NCBI GenBank assembly: GCA_965206845.1
Contig: OZ242221.1
Coordinates: 1,376,001 to 1,440,000, forward strand
Direction of reading: 5' to 3'
Source of the DNA: Cenarchaeum sp.
GTDB lineage: Archaea > Thermoproteota > Nitrososphaeria > Nitrososphaerales > Nitrosopumilaceae
Length of the DNA: 64,000 nt
The notes below the pieces were generated by a model. That model was not told the origin of the DNA. It saw nothing but the letters and a program-made list of their open reading frames with translations, and made no database searches. A program made the position numbers and the translations under genes. Of the stretch, positions 1-10,505 are shown in pieces; the stretch's first letter is position 1, and every line of letters begins with the position of its first letter.

Positions 1-1
1 C

Positions 2-172
2 CGGGCGCCCTCCGTCGTCAGGGCCGGCCCCACGGTTGCGATCCTGGCAGAGCTGGACGGCCGCACGGTTGCCGTAAAACAGGAGAACATGCTGGCCACT
101 GCGTTTCATCCCGAGCTGACAGCTGACGTGGCCCTTCACAGGTACTTTGTCGACATGATTCCAGCTGTCTAG
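2..172 (+). CDS. pdxT: Pyridoxal 5'-phosphate synthase glutaminase subunit, 3' part only
   Basis: Manual translation of frame 2: RAPSVV...VAVKQENMLATAFHPELTAD..., containing the FHPE motif of PdxT. Confidence 0.85.
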   Translation, partial: RAPSVVRAGPTVAILAELDGRTVAVKQENMLATAFHPELTADVALHRYFVDMIPAV

Positions 173-179
173 TGTGGCA

Positions 180-2492
180 TCAGTCCGGCCCGTCTGTTAT
201 CCCGTGCATGCTCTCAAGATCCCGCCTGTATGCAGAGAGGCTCTCTGGAACCTTTACCGGTATGGGGTCCTTCAGCGACAGGTTCCTGGACTTTTTCAGG
301 TTCCAGACCATCGAGTTGAACTCTGTTATCTCCTTTGTGATGTGCCGCATGTCCTCTGAGGATTCCGGGGTGACAAGCCGCTCCCGGTGAATGCTTCCGT
401 CCGAGTACAGCGCCTGCCAGAGGTACTCGGTGATAAACGGCGTGATGGGCGCCAGGAGCTTGAGGATCGTAGACATCACCCTGTGCAGCGTGTACACCGC
501 GGCATCCCTCTCCTCTGCGGAGAACCCGTTCCCGTATGCCCTTGCCTTTACCATCTCTATGTACTGCGCGGCAAACACGTTCCGGGCAAACTCCCGAACC
601 GCGGTGGCAGGCACAAAAAAGTTGTACTCGTCGTACCCCTTTTTGCACTCCCCCACGACCCGGTCAAGCTCCGCGAGTATCCACCGGTCTGATGCGGCGG
701 GGACGGCCGACTCGACCAAAGGGAAGCCGGACAGGAATCTGGCTATATTCCAGAGCTTGCTCAGAAACTTTCTTGTCGTCTCGATCTTCTGCTCGTTGCA
801 CCTAAAGTCGTACCCGTGGTTCACCTCACTGGCGCTCCAGAACCGGAAGGTGTCGGCGCCGAGCCTCTCGATCACCGGCAGGGGGTCTATGGCGTTTCCC
901 TTGCTCTTGCTCATCTTCATCCCCCTCTCGTCAAGGCCGTACCCCATTATCCATGCCTCGGACCAGGGCTTCTGGCCTGTGAGCATGTTGCACTTTAGCA
1001 TGGTGTAGTGCAGCCATGTCCGGACTATGTCCTTTGCCTGCGGCCTCAGGGCGGCGGGATACGTCTTTTTGAAAAAGTCCTCGTCCCTGCCGAACTTGGA
1101 GACGAACAGCGGCGACGCGCTGGAGTCCATCCAGGTGTCAAAGGTCCTCTGCTCGCCCTCAAACTCCTTGCCCCCGCACTTCTGGCACCGGCTGATTGGC
1201 GCGTCATCCTTCCATGGCTGGTAGTACCGTCCGGGCTCTGGCACGTGGGGCGCGCGGCATTCCTGGCAGTACCATATGGGAATCTCCGTCCCGTAGTATC
1301 TCCTGCGGGAGATGGGCCAGTCTATGGATATGGACGCAAGCCAGTTGAGCAGTATCTGCTTGTGCATGGGGGGATGAAACCGGATCTCTTCGGCAAGCTC
1401 CCTCATCCTGTCCACCTCGTCGACCTGCTTTAGGTAGTACTCGTCCATGGGGATTATCTCGATTGGCACCTTGCTCCTCTCGGAGACCGGCGTCCTGTGG
1501 GTGATCCTCTCTACCCTGTCTGTGTGTCCGCCGCTCTCCAGATCCTGGATTATCTTGGCCCGCGCCTGCTTTGGCCTCAGGCCCGCATACGTCCCGGCAG
1601 CGCCGGTCATCCTGCCGTCCATTCCTATGGCCACCACCTCCTTGAGTTTCAGCTCCCTGAACAGCGCCACGTCGTTGTGGTCTCCATAGCTGCAGATCAT
1701 CACCGCCCCGGAACCAAAGTCTGTCTGCGCCGAGGGATGGGCTATGATCTCCACCTCGTTTCCAAAGATGGGCACCCTTACCTTGCTGCCTATCATGCCT
1801 GTGTATCTTGCGTCATTGGGGTTTACGATTACGGCCCGGCAGGCGCACAGAAGCTCGGGCCTGGTGCTTGCTATGACGATGCCTGCGCCAAACCTCATGT
1901 ACACCAGGTCTGCCGGCAGATCTTCGTAGAGTATCTCGGCGTCGGCAATGGTGGTTCCCGACACCCAGTCATAGTTGTTGGGTCTCGTGGCAAGGTATAC
2001 CTTGCCCTTCCGCCACAGCTCGATGAACGTCGCCTGCGTCAGGGCCCTGTACTCCTCCGAGTCCGTCCTGTAGTGCTCGTCTATCAGCCCGCTGATCCCC
2101 AGCTCCTTCATAATCTGGATCATCTCCGCCTCGAGGTCATCTAGCGCCTCCCTGCACAGCTCAAGGAACCTGCCGCGCTCAGTCTCCCTCATTCTTATGT
2201 TGTGCTTCTTCTCGGTGTACATCTCCACGGGGAGGCCGTTCCGGTCTATTCCTATGGGAAAGTAGACGTTCCTTCCGGCCATGCGGGCCGTCCGGGCGAT
2301 CATGTCTATCTGGGCGTAGTGGGCGGCGGCTCCGATGTGCCACGGCCGTCCCGAGGGGTATGGTGGCGGCGTATCTATGGTGTAGTTCTCGTCCTTCAGC
2401 TCGAACCTGTAGATGTCTGTCTCCTCCCATCTCCGGCGCACCTGGGCCTCCAGCTCCGGATTCCATGCCTTCTCCTCGACTCTGGGCTTCAT
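180..2492 (-). CDS. valS: Valine--tRNA ligase
   Basis: 770 aa; DTPPPYPSG..HIGA (HIGH-like), DWPISRRRYYG, DTWMDS and KMSKS motifs. Confidence 0.93.
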   Translation of the reverse strand: MKPRVEEKAWNPELEAQVRRRWEETDIYRFELKDENYTIDTPPPYPSGRPWHIGAAAHYAQIDMIARTARMAGRNVYFPIGIDRNGLPVEMYTEKKHNIRMRETERGRFLELCREALDDLEAEMIQIMKELGISGLIDEHYRTDSEEYRALTQATFIELWRKGKVYLATRPNNYDWVSGTTIADAEILYEDLPADLVYMRFGAGIVIASTRPELLCACRAVIVNPNDARYTGMIGSKVRVPIFGNEVEIIAHPSAQTDFGSGAVMICSYGDHNDVALFRELKLKEVVAIGMDGRMTGAAGTYAGLRPKQARAKIIQDLESGGHTDRVERITHRTPVSERSKVPIEIIPMDEYYLKQVDEVDRMRELAEEIRFHPPMHKQILLNWLASISIDWPISRRRYYGTEIPIWYCQECRAPHVPEPGRYYQPWKDDAPISRCQKCGGKEFEGEQRTFDTWMDSSASPLFVSKFGRDEDFFKKTYPAALRPQAKDIVRTWLHYTMLKCNMLTGQKPWSEAWIMGYGLDERGMKMSKSKGNAIDPLPVIERLGADTFRFWSASEVNHGYDFRCNEQKIETTRKFLSKLWNIARFLSGFPLVESAVPAASDRWILAELDRVVGECKKGYDEYNFFVPATAVREFARNVFAAQYIEMVKARAYGNGFSAEERDAAVYTLHRVMSTILKLLAPITPFITEYLWQALYSDGSIHRERLVTPESSEDMRHITKEITEFNSMVWNLKKSRNLSLKDPIPVKVPESLSAYRRDLESMHGITDGPD

Positions 2493-3307
2493 TACTTCTC
2501 TGCCAGGCTGGATATGATGTGCGAGCCCTTGTTGTACCCCTCGTAGATGTAGACCCCTATGGCCTCCACGTTGGGCGGAAACCTGGGAGCCAGGAGGCGT
2601 ATCATCTCGGTAGCCAGATTCTCGACTGTGGCCTCGCCCTTGAGAAGGTACGTGGTGTCCTGCGGCACCTGCAGGTCAAAGACGCCCCTGGGTCCCTCAA
2701 AGGAGACCCTGCACTGTGCGCCGTCCCCGCCTACGAGGTACCTCTTGTTGATGAAGAACTTGTGATCAAACGTTGCGATGACCTCCTTTATGATCCTCTT
2801 TGCCTCGCCAAAGTCGATGAGTAGGTTGTCCTTCATCTGGCCTGCCAGCTCCACCATCACCAGCGAGGTGTGGCCGTGCAGGATGGAGCACTTTTCCACT
2901 AGGGGCAGTATGTGTGCATAATCAAACGTAAACGATTCGCTCTCGATGAAGATGGAGCCTGTCTGGGGGTCGGCCTGATCATAAAATACGACGTCCTGCA
3001 GGTCTTTTATGCGGGCCGCGTACTTGGGGTGCCCTATGGCCATGATTCGGGTCTCTGGCATGTCGGCCTTGATCCTCCTGTACTTTTCAACGTCGGCCTC
3101 GCTGTCGACCACCTCGATGAATCCCACATTCGTCCTAAAGTCGGCTCGCACCTCCTGGCCCGCCTTCACGGGGCAGTCGTACTCGTAGTCCTTTCCGAGA
3201 AAGGAGAGCATCCTGGCAATGGACAGCTCCGTTCTGCTCTTCAGCAGGTTTCCCTTCTGGTCGACAAACCTATAGTCCGAGTCAAGAACGGCCGGAGTGG
3301 ACTTCAT
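2492..3307 (-). CDS. queD: 6-carboxytetrahydropterin synthase (QueD/PTPS family) with extra N-terminal domain
   Basis: C-terminal FDYAH..CSILHGH, IDFG, FDH and ATVENLA motifs; start placed at MKSTP. Confidence 0.8.
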   Translation of the reverse strand: MKSTPAVLDSDYRFVDQKGNLLKSRTELSIARMLSFLGKDYEYDCPVKAGQEVRADFRTNVGFIEVVDSEADVEKYRRIKADMPETRIMAIGHPKYAARIKDLQDVVFYDQADPQTGSIFIESESFTFDYAHILPLVEKCSILHGHTSLVMVELAGQMKDNLLIDFGEAKRIIKEVIATFDHKFFINKRYLVGGDGAQCRVSFEGPRGVFDLQVPQDTTYLLKGEATVENLATEMIRLLAPRFPPNVEAIGVYIYEGYNKGSHIISSLAEK

Positions 3308-3388
3308 ACTGTACAGGATGGCCGGTTGTACCGCAAATATACGTTCTGAAGCAGCAGGCTGCATGCGGCCGGTTCCTGCAGGGAATGA

Positions 3389-3463
3389 AGGGCTCGGAGG
3401 GCTTCGATCCCTCGACCTAGCGGTCCGGAACCGCTCGCACTATCCATGCTGTGCCACGAGTCC
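3389..3463 (-). tRNA. tRNA-Arg(CCG)
   Basis: Reverse complement folds as a cloverleaf; anticodon arm AGCGG-TTCCGGA-CCGCT, T arm GAGGG-ATCGAAG-CCCTC. Confidence 0.9.
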
Positions 3464-3610
3464 GTTCAGGCTGCTGCGTTCCGGACATAAAAACCACAGC
3501 CTGGCATCCGACCGGTGGGAATGGCTGCCCGGGGAAGGATTGCAAACCCGCTAGATGCCTGCCACATCTTGGCAAACCGGACGCAGGCAACAGTGCATGT
3601 TATCTGGTCT

Positions 3611-4942
3611 TTATGACACGTCCGTATAGTAAAATCCGGAACCGAAGATATATCCGTCGTACAGGCGCAGGTATGCACGTTTGGACTCCTCACCTCCAGA
3701 TTCGGGGTTCGTGACCGTGTACTCCACCCAGGCGTTCCCGTCTCTCCGCAGATCGTCTATGATCTCCCTATACGGCCTGTCTGCCTGCTCTCTCAGGACA
3801 GTGGCCTCGATCTCAGTCTGTCCCGGATATGCGCTGTGCACTAGAACCCTGCCCGTAACAGAATCCAGGACAAACGGGTAATGGGGTTCGGTGCCCACAT
3901 ACAGCCCGTTGATGCTGTCAAATGCACCCTCCTCTTCAAGTTCATACAGGCGGACGGCCTCCTCGACCACATGCCTGGATCTGTCCTGAACCGGGTGGTA
4001 GTATCCGGAACCAAAGATGTATCCGTCGTGCATGGTTAACCAGGAGCGTTTCTGGTTTACCTGCTCTGTTGCTAGGTTTGTAAATGAGATATACGTCCAG
4101 ACACTGTTACCTTCCTGCAGATCGGTTATGATCCTTTCGGGCAGCTCGTTTATACGATCAACGGGGGCTGACCCCACGACCCCGACCCAGTCCGGGGCCG
4201 CGCTGTCTGTTACAACCTTCATGGTGGACGCGTCTATGACAAACGTGTAGTGGCGGTTGGGCTCTGCCGACAGCGATCTAATGGCATCAAACGCGTCTTC
4301 GCCCCTCAATTCGTACAGGCGGACGGCCTGTTCAACCTCGTGCTTGATCCTGGACTCGAGCGAGTAGTAGTGCCCGGCGCCAAAGATGTATCCGTCGTGC
4401 AAGGTAAGCCAGGAGCGTTTGAGCTGTTGCGTGCCTGTCTCGGGGTTTAGAAATATGTATTCTACCCAGGTGCCGTTGCTGTTTTGCAGTTCGTCAATAA
4501 TTACATCGTACGGCTTGTCCGCATAGTCTTCCGCAATAATCAGAGATCGTGTTCCAACCCTGTCTAGGACTGCGCCGTGCGCCACGACCGTCTCGGTGTC
4601 AGGATCCAGAACAAACGGATATTGCACAACGGGGTGCTCGGCCAGCGCGTTGATGTTGGCAAACGCATTCTCCTTGTCCGAGTCATACATGCGGACAGTC
4701 TCTTCAACGATGGACTTGGCACTGGCATCCTCGGGACTGGTAATTGACTGCTCTACATAACCAATCGTCTCTGTGGCATCGAGTACCGGATCGTCAGTCT
4801 TGACAACGGTTCCTGCCAGGACTGCGGCTCCAAATACAACTGCTGCAATGGCAACTACGGCTACCGCAGTGACAACCAACACCATTACCTTCGGATTCAT
4901 CCTACTGTTATTTGGTTGTACGCTGCTAAATAATTTTGCCAT
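3611..4942 (-). CDS. Membrane-anchored protein with three tandem single-Cache-like domains
   Basis: N-terminal TM segment; three repeats of YPFVLD...WVEY...NP...KRSWL...HDGYIFGSGYY. Confidence 0.8.
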   Translation of the reverse strand: MAKLFSSVQPNNSRMNPKVMVLVVTAVAVVAIAAVVFGAAVLAGTVVKTDDPVLDATETIGYVEQSITSPEDASAKSIVEETVRMYDSDKENAFANINALAEHPVVQYPFVLDPDTETVVAHGAVLDRVGTRSLIIAEDYADKPYDVIIDELQNSNGTWVEYIFLNPETGTQQLKRSWLTLHDGYIFGAGHYYSLESRIKHEVEQAVRLYELRGEDAFDAIRSLSAEPNRHYTFVIDASTMKVVTDSAAPDWVGVVGSAPVDRINELPERIITDLQEGNSVWTYISFTNLATEQVNQKRSWLTMHDGYIFGSGYYHPVQDRSRHVVEEAVRLYELEEEGAFDSINGLYVGTEPHYPFVLDSVTGRVLVHSAYPGQTEIEATVLREQADRPYREIIDDLRRDGNAWVEYTVTNPESGGEESKRAYLRLYDGYIFGSGFYYTDVS

Positions 4943-5397
4943 GTCGTCGACTCTTCTTGTGTGAAAATTGTGTTCGCTAGCAGCTGGAGCCTACATCCAC
5001 CCGTTTTGGGTCTTTTTCCTGATCGCTTCTGCTGCCTTTTTGGCGAAAAGCGCCTTGAGCGGGTCTCATAGTTGTCGATGTCCAACGAAAAGTGTAGTCT
5101 TCTCTCGCTGTAGTACTCAGCATAACTGGACGGGCTCTCGTAGTGAAAGATCTCCTCCATGCCTCTGTGGAGCCGTTTCGGCTTGCCGCCTGTCTGCGGG
5201 CGGTGCGGCCCGGAATTGATCAGTCCGGCGTGCCTGCCTGTGAACCTGCTCCCAAACGTGGCCGGTTGCCATCGTCAAGAAGCGTCATCAAACTGAGTCA
5301 TTTGAGGGCGTATCCTTCACCATGAGCCAGTCCGTATGCCCGCGGGGTCAGAGTGCCCCATCTCGTGGCGTATCTACTATGTGTTCTGCTCGCGCCG

Positions 5398-5676
5398 CTA
5401 GCGGAGCGAGTTTAAGATCGCGGCAAGATCCACATCGTTCTGCGTGATGCCGCCGGCATCGTGGGTCATCAGGTCAACTGACAGCCTGTTGTAGACGTTG
5501 AACCACTCCGGATGGTGGTTCATCTTCTCTATCTCCATGGCGGCCCTGGCCATGAAACCAAAGGCCTCGTTGAACGACGCAAACTCGAAATCCCTGTGAA
5601 GCTTTCCATCGGATACGGACCAGCCGGGAAGCCCCAAGAGTGCGGCATCGATCTGATCCTGCGTAAGCCTCTCCAT
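5398..5676 (-). CDS. phhB: Pterin-4-alpha-carbinolamine dehydratase
   Basis: [11 protein letters not shown] and THDAGG motifs. Confidence 0.9.
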   Translation of the reverse strand: MERLTQDQIDAALLGLPGWSVSDGKLHRDFEFASFNEAFGFMARAAMEIEKMNHHPEWFNVYNRLSVDLMTHDAGGITQNDVDLAAILNSLR

Positions 5677-5732
5677 ACGTAGTGTCACACGCCCTGCTAA
5701 ATTAATATTTTGCAGGCCCGTCACCCACTCTG

Positions 5733-6488
5733 ATGGAGCCAAGGCACAGGGAACTGCTCGAGGAGATGACGCGCGCGATAGGGGGAGCCGTGGCAGGGGG
5801 GAGAGTCGGCATCGCGTTCTCCGGCGGTGTGGACAGCACCCTGATGGCCAAGATCTGCGCCGACCTGGGATACGGCGTGACGCTGCTCACCATAGGGTTT
5901 GCAGGCTCCCACGACGTGGGGTTTGCCCGGGAGGTAAACCGGCATCTGGGGTTGCCCCACCACACCCTTGAGATACCCCCGGAGTCCTTTGGCCGCGTGT
6001 CTGCAGACATACGGGAGATGGTGGGCGGCTGCAGCCTCTCCTGGATCGAGAACTGCATCGCATTTCACTACGTCTCCGAGCTGGCCCGGACCCTGGACAT
6101 ATCGGTGGTGGTTACTGCCAACGGGATCGACGAGCTCTTCTGCGGGTACAACGCGTACCGCGAGACGATGGCCGAAGGCGAACAGGCGGTGCTGCGCATG
6201 ATGGATACCAAGATCGCAAACGAGGTAAGAATGATGGAGGTGGTGAACGCGGTATCTGCCCGGAACAGCACCAGAATCGTGCAGCCCCTGCTGTCTGCGG
6301 ACTTTGTGGGATACGCCAGAGAGATTCCAATAAAATACAAGATCACGGGCAGCGACGATCTGATGCGCAAGCACATCGTCCGCGAGCTGGCACAAAGTGT
6401 GGGAGTGCCGGAGCTCTCCGCAAAAAAGAGAAAGAAGGCGCTCCAGTACGGCTCTGCAATCCACAAGGCGCTGATAAAGTCTATGTGA
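5733..6488 (+). CDS. Asparagine synthase C-terminal domain protein
   Basis: [10 protein letters not shown]-loop, GIDELFCGY and KKALQYGS. Confidence 0.8.
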   Translation: MEPRHRELLEEMTRAIGGAVAGGRVGIAFSGGVDSTLMAKICADLGYGVTLLTIGFAGSHDVGFAREVNRHLGLPHHTLEIPPESFGRVSADIREMVGGCSLSWIENCIAFHYVSELARTLDISVVVTANGIDELFCGYNAYRETMAEGEQAVLRMMDTKIANEVRMMEVVNAVSARNSTRIVQPLLSADFVGYAREIPIKYKITGSDDLMRKHIVRELAQSVGVPELSAKKRKKALQYGSAIHKALIKSM

Positions 6489-7842
6489 ACCTTTTTGCCG
6501 TCTTGCGCACGGACCTGCACACAGAGCCGATTATCGACCTTGACGCGCCAAGGTGCCTCTTCGGGGCGAATATCTTTTTGATCTCGTCCCGGGGCAAGAC
6601 CGAGGAGATGGCAGCATCGGCCGCAACGGCATCGATATAGTCCATGTTGTGCTCCTTTGCATAAAACGCCACCCTCTGGATGTCCCTGTATGCCTGCATC
6701 CGGGGAATGCCCTTCCTGATCATGGCCTCTAGCACGAACTCGGCAAATATCTGACCCCTTGTGGCCGTGAGGTTTTCTAGGATTCTGTCCTCGTTTACCT
6801 GCAGGCCGCCCACTATCTTGATCATGGCCTCCAGCATCTCGTCTAGTATTATGGCGGAGATCGGGATGATGAACCGCTCGTTTGCCGAGTTTGTGAGATC
6901 CCTCTCGTGCCATAGCGGTATGTTCTCAAATGCCACCGACACCTGGCCGCGCAGCAGCCTTGAGAGCGACGAGATCCTCTCGCTCTTGATCGGATTGCGC
7001 TTTACTGGCACGGCGCTGCTTCCCACCTGGCCCTTCCTGAACTGCTCTGATGCCTCTCCTATCTCGGTTCTCTGAAGGTTCCGTATCTCCACTGCGATCT
7101 TCTCCAGGGTCGCTCCCACCAGCGCCGTCTCAAAGACGTACTCGGCATACCTCTCCCTGGGAACCACTTGTGTTGCCACCCTGGCCGGCTGCAGCCCCAG
7201 CCTCTCTGCAACGAGCCTCTGCACGGTTGTGGCCTTTGCGCCCATCAGGGAGCCTGTCCCAACGACTCCCAGCGTTTTGCAGATCAGCATGCGCCCCTTG
7301 GAACCGTCGATTCTCCTCAGGTGCTCTGCCATCTCCTCTGCCCAGTTGGCAAACTTTAAACCAAATGATATGATGCTGGCGTGCTGCCCGTGGGTTCTCC
7401 CCACAGCCGGCAGATCGTTGTGCCTTGTGGCAAGATCCGCCAGCGCCAAGGCAAGCGCCGCGATCTTTGGCTGGATTATGTCCAAGGCGTCTCTCATCTG
7501 CATCGAGTTGCTGGTGTCGACCAGATCGCTGCTTGTCAGGCCAAAGTGTACCCAGGGCCGGCTGTCCTGGCGGCACCCTTCGCCCAGCGCCTGCACCAGT
7601 GCGGCAGTGTCGTGATCGGTTATCTCCTCCAGCTGCTTGACCCGCTCTGCCGTAACGCTTCCGGACTTTGACGCGGCCAGGATGTCCTGTCCGGCGGACT
7701 CGGGGATCATTCCAATCTCGGCCTGGGACGCGGCCGTCGCCCCTTCGATCTCCAGCTGGTAGTCTATCTTGCGCTGCTCCTCAAATATCGCGAGCATCTC
7801 CGGGGTTCCATACCTGCCGGAGTCGATTGGAAGTATTGCCAA
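6481..7842 (-). CDS. purB: Adenylosuccinate lyase
   Basis: GRTHGQHA, GSSAVPVKRNP and HERDLTNS motifs. Confidence 0.93.
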   Translation of the reverse strand: MAILPIDSGRYGTPEMLAIFEEQRKIDYQLEIEGATAASQAEIGMIPESAGQDILAASKSGSVTAERVKQLEEITDHDTAALVQALGEGCRQDSRPWVHFGLTSSDLVDTSNSMQMRDALDIIQPKIAALALALADLATRHNDLPAVGRTHGQHASIISFGLKFANWAEEMAEHLRRIDGSKGRMLICKTLGVVGTGSLMGAKATTVQRLVAERLGLQPARVATQVVPRERYAEYVFETALVGATLEKIAVEIRNLQRTEIGEASEQFRKGQVGSSAVPVKRNPIKSERISSLSRLLRGQVSVAFENIPLWHERDLTNSANERFIIPISAIILDEMLEAMIKIVGGLQVNEDRILENLTATRGQIFAEFVLEAMIRKGIPRMQAYRDIQRVAFYAKEHNMDYIDAVAADAAISSVLPRDEIKKIFAPKRHLGASRSIIGSVCRSVRKTAKRFT

Positions 7843-7918
7843 GCAGTCTGTCTGTGTTTTATTCTAAAATAAGTCTGCTGATTCCTGCAGGCGTGCGGGG
7901 CCGGGTCACTCCACATTC

Positions 7919-7997
7919 GGGCACAGGCCTGTGCGCCTGCCCTGGTTTTCGCACCTAGATCGGTATGGCAAGCGACTCCGTACGGGTCTGCAGCACT
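7919..7997. repeat. Degenerate dispersed intergenic repeat, copy 1
   Basis: gggcac..gttttc..ggca agcgactccgtac..ctgcagcact aligns with 11101-11174. Confidence 0.55.
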
Positions 7998-8127
7998 AGA
8001 CCGCCTGCCACCTTGGGCCAGGCGTGAAGACCCCTCCGAACGCGCATTCTTGTGCCTGGGCAAGAGTGATCTCATGCCCGCAGGCCGCTTTATGGTTTAA
8101 ATGTGCACCGCGCGTCTCCAATCTGAA

Positions 8128-9576
8128 ATGTCGTCGCTGCTTCCAAAGAAAACCGGCAACATGGAGTATGTGATCGAGCCCGACTCCGAAAACGGGATGA
8201 ACGTTCCGGTGAGAATACTTGCCAGCGAGGGGCTGCTTCAAAAGATGCTCTCAGATCGGACCGTCCGGCAGGCGGCAAACGTCGCGTCCATGCCTGGCAT
8301 CGTGGGACACTGCACGGTTCTACCCGACGGCCACGAGGGGTACGGCTTTCCCGTGGGCGGTGTGGCCGCAATGGATGCAGAGGAGGGGATGATCAGCCCC
8401 GGCGGCGTGGGCTATGACATCAACTGCGGTGTCCGGCTGATCCGGACCAGCCTGAAGGAGAAGGATCTGCGGCCCAGGCTCAAGACGCTGGTGGCGGACC
8501 TCTTCCACTCGGTTCCGTCCGGCGTCGGCTCCAAGGGGGCGATCCGGCTGAACCACTCCCAGCTGGACGAGGTGCTCGTCCGCGGAGTCAGGTGGGCCAT
8601 AGATGGCGGCTACGGATCCAGGGACGACGCAGACGTCTGCGAGGAGAACGGGCAGATGGCCAGGGCGGATCCTGACAAGGTATCTGACAGGGCCCGCAAG
8701 CGGGGAGCCCCGCAGCTGGGAAGCCTGGGATCCGGGAACCACTTTCTTGAGGTGCAGAGGGTGGACGAGATTCACGACCCCGTGGCGGCTGCCCGGATGG
8801 GGATAGAGGAAGGCCAGGTCACGGTTCTGGTGCACTGCGGCTCCCGCGGCTTTGGCCACCAGATATGCAGCGACTACCTCAGGGTCTGCGAGCAGGCGCT
8901 CCCACGGTACGGCATAAAACTAAAGGATCGGGAGCTGGCATGCGTGCCAAACTCGTCCGAGGAGGGGGAATCCTACAGAATGGCGATGTTTGCCGCGCTG
9001 AACTTTGCGTGGAGCAACAGGCAGATGATAACCCACTGGATACGGCGCTCCTTTGAGCGCGTGTTTGGCCAGACCGAATCGGATCTGGGAATGAATCTCA
9101 TATATGATGTGGCCCACAACATAGCCAAGGTGGAGGAGCACACGGTAGACGGGTGTAACAGATCAGTGGTGGTTCACAGGAAGGGCGCCACTAGGGCGTA
9201 CCCCGCAGGCAGGCAGGAGGTGCCCTCAAAGTACAGGGACCTAGGACAGCCCGTGTTCGTTCCAGGCTCGATGGGCACTGCCAGCTGGATCCTGCTGGGC
9301 CAGCCCGGCTCGATGGATATGACCTTCGGCTCCACCGCGCACGGCGCCGGCAGGACGATGTCCCGATCCAGGGCAAGGCGCCAGTACACCGAGTCGCAGG
9401 TAAAAAAGTCGCTAAGTGAGAGGGGAATATTTGTCAAGTCGCTGACGCGGAACGGTGTCGTGGAGGAGGCTCCTCAGGCATACAAGGATGTGGACAGCGT
9501 GATCGATGTCTCGCACCAGCTGGGCATAGCAACCAAGGTGGCAAGGCTGGTTCCGGTGGGGGTGATCAAGGGTTGA
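8128..9576 (+). CDS. rtcB: tRNA-splicing ligase RtcB
   Basis: PDGHEGYGFPVG, DINCG, GSGNHFLE, HRKGAT and HGAGR; TTTAAA box about 27 nt upstream of the chosen start. Confidence 0.95.
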   Translation: MSSLLPKKTGNMEYVIEPDSENGMNVPVRILASEGLLQKMLSDRTVRQAANVASMPGIVGHCTVLPDGHEGYGFPVGGVAAMDAEEGMISPGGVGYDINCGVRLIRTSLKEKDLRPRLKTLVADLFHSVPSGVGSKGAIRLNHSQLDEVLVRGVRWAIDGGYGSRDDADVCEENGQMARADPDKVSDRARKRGAPQLGSLGSGNHFLEVQRVDEIHDPVAAARMGIEEGQVTVLVHCGSRGFGHQICSDYLRVCEQALPRYGIKLKDRELACVPNSSEEGESYRMAMFAALNFAWSNRQMITHWIRRSFERVFGQTESDLGMNLIYDVAHNIAKVEEHTVDGCNRSVVVHRKGATRAYPAGRQEVPSKYRDLGQPVFVPGSMGTASWILLGQPGSMDMTFGSTAHGAGRTMSRSRARRQYTESQVKKSLSERGIFVKSLTRNGVVEEAPQAYKDVDSVIDVSHQLGIATKVARLVPVGVIKG

Positions 9577-9956
9577 GCACCGACGACGAGCTGGAGAGGC
9601 TGAAGGCAAGGAGGCTTGCCGAGATGCAAAAGAACCTCTCGACAAAGCAGCCCAAGCCTGCCGAACCAGAAAAGAGGCAATCTGCCAGGGATCTGCTGGT
9701 GTCTCGGCTGGGATACCGGGGGCTGGAGGTTCTGGAGCTTGCCGAGAGGCAGTATCCGGTACAGACCCGCTCCATAACCGCAAAGATAGCCGAGCTTATC
9801 TTGCAGGGTGGCATAGATCAGGCAATCGACGGTGGGGATCTCCTCGCGCTGTTCAGGTCAGTGGGGCTACCGGTAAGGGTAAAGACCACAATCAGCGTAG
9901 AGCAGGACGGCAAGCTGGTCTCACTCTCCGAGCGACTGAGGGCCGACAAGGAGTAG
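9573..9956 (+). CDS. PDCD5-like double-stranded DNA-binding protein
   Basis: DDELERLKARRLAEMQ N-terminus; overlaps the rtcB stop. Confidence 0.65.
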   Translation: MSTDDELERLKARRLAEMQKNLSTKQPKPAEPEKRQSARDLLVSRLGYRGLEVLELAERQYPVQTRSITAKIAELILQGGIDQAIDGGDLLALFRSVGLPVRVKTTISVEQDGKLVSLSERLRADKE

Positions 9957-9962
9957 GCGGTC

Positions 9963-10277
9963 TTGTGCGCAGTCTTTGAGCTCAGCACAAGGGACTACGA
10001 CAACAGCTCCTTTCAGATCAAGAAGGCGCTCTCGCACCTTGAGACGATCTGCGAGGCGTGGAACGGCTACCGGCTGGGCCCGCCAAAGTCAAAGTTCGGA
10101 TGGACTTTCTTTGAGATGATAATCCAGCCACAGCTACAGAGCGGTATCGAGTCTAGGTTCGCAGACATGATCAGCCAGTACCGGTTCAGCAAGCGTCCAG
10201 AGAAGTTCACAAAGTTCTTCGGGGACTATCTTGACGCCAAAAAGTGCAACGTCCGGGTAAGGCTGATCGACTTTTAG
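9963..10277 (+). CDS. Hypothetical protein
   Basis: 104 aa ORF in operon context with coding-like composition. Confidence 0.65.
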   Translation: MCAVFELSTRDYDNSSFQIKKALSHLETICEAWNGYRLGPPKSKFGWTFFEMIIQPQLQSGIESRFADMISQYRFSKRPEKFTKFFGDYLDAKKCNVRVRLIDF

Positions 10278-10505
10278 CGCGGCCCCGCCTTCTGCCGGCC
10301 GCGGCATGTCCTGGCAGCTGTATGCGGACAGGTTCCGCGCCTACCATCGCCGGTTTCTGCGGGACAGTCAGAGGCGGCCCGACCTCTTCGCTGCCTGTCG
10401 GACTACACAAGTATGATCCAGTCTGCGGGGATCGCAGGTGCCCGTCAAATGGATGACGACGCTAGATAAACTCTCTACCTAGCTAAAGATAGTTCCTGTA
10501 GGAGA

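Noticed and set aside
3556-3575. TGCCA-N5-TGGCA palindrome, also near 53600
   Set aside because: Only two instances noticed; could be chance in GC-rich DNA.
4897-5160. 87-aa ORF, possibly a frameshifted gene fragment
   Set aside because: Partly coding-like, but no recognisable family and it overlaps the start of the Cache gene.
10445-10505. Possible box C/D sRNA after rps11
   Set aside because: No convincing RUGAUGA/CUGA pair.
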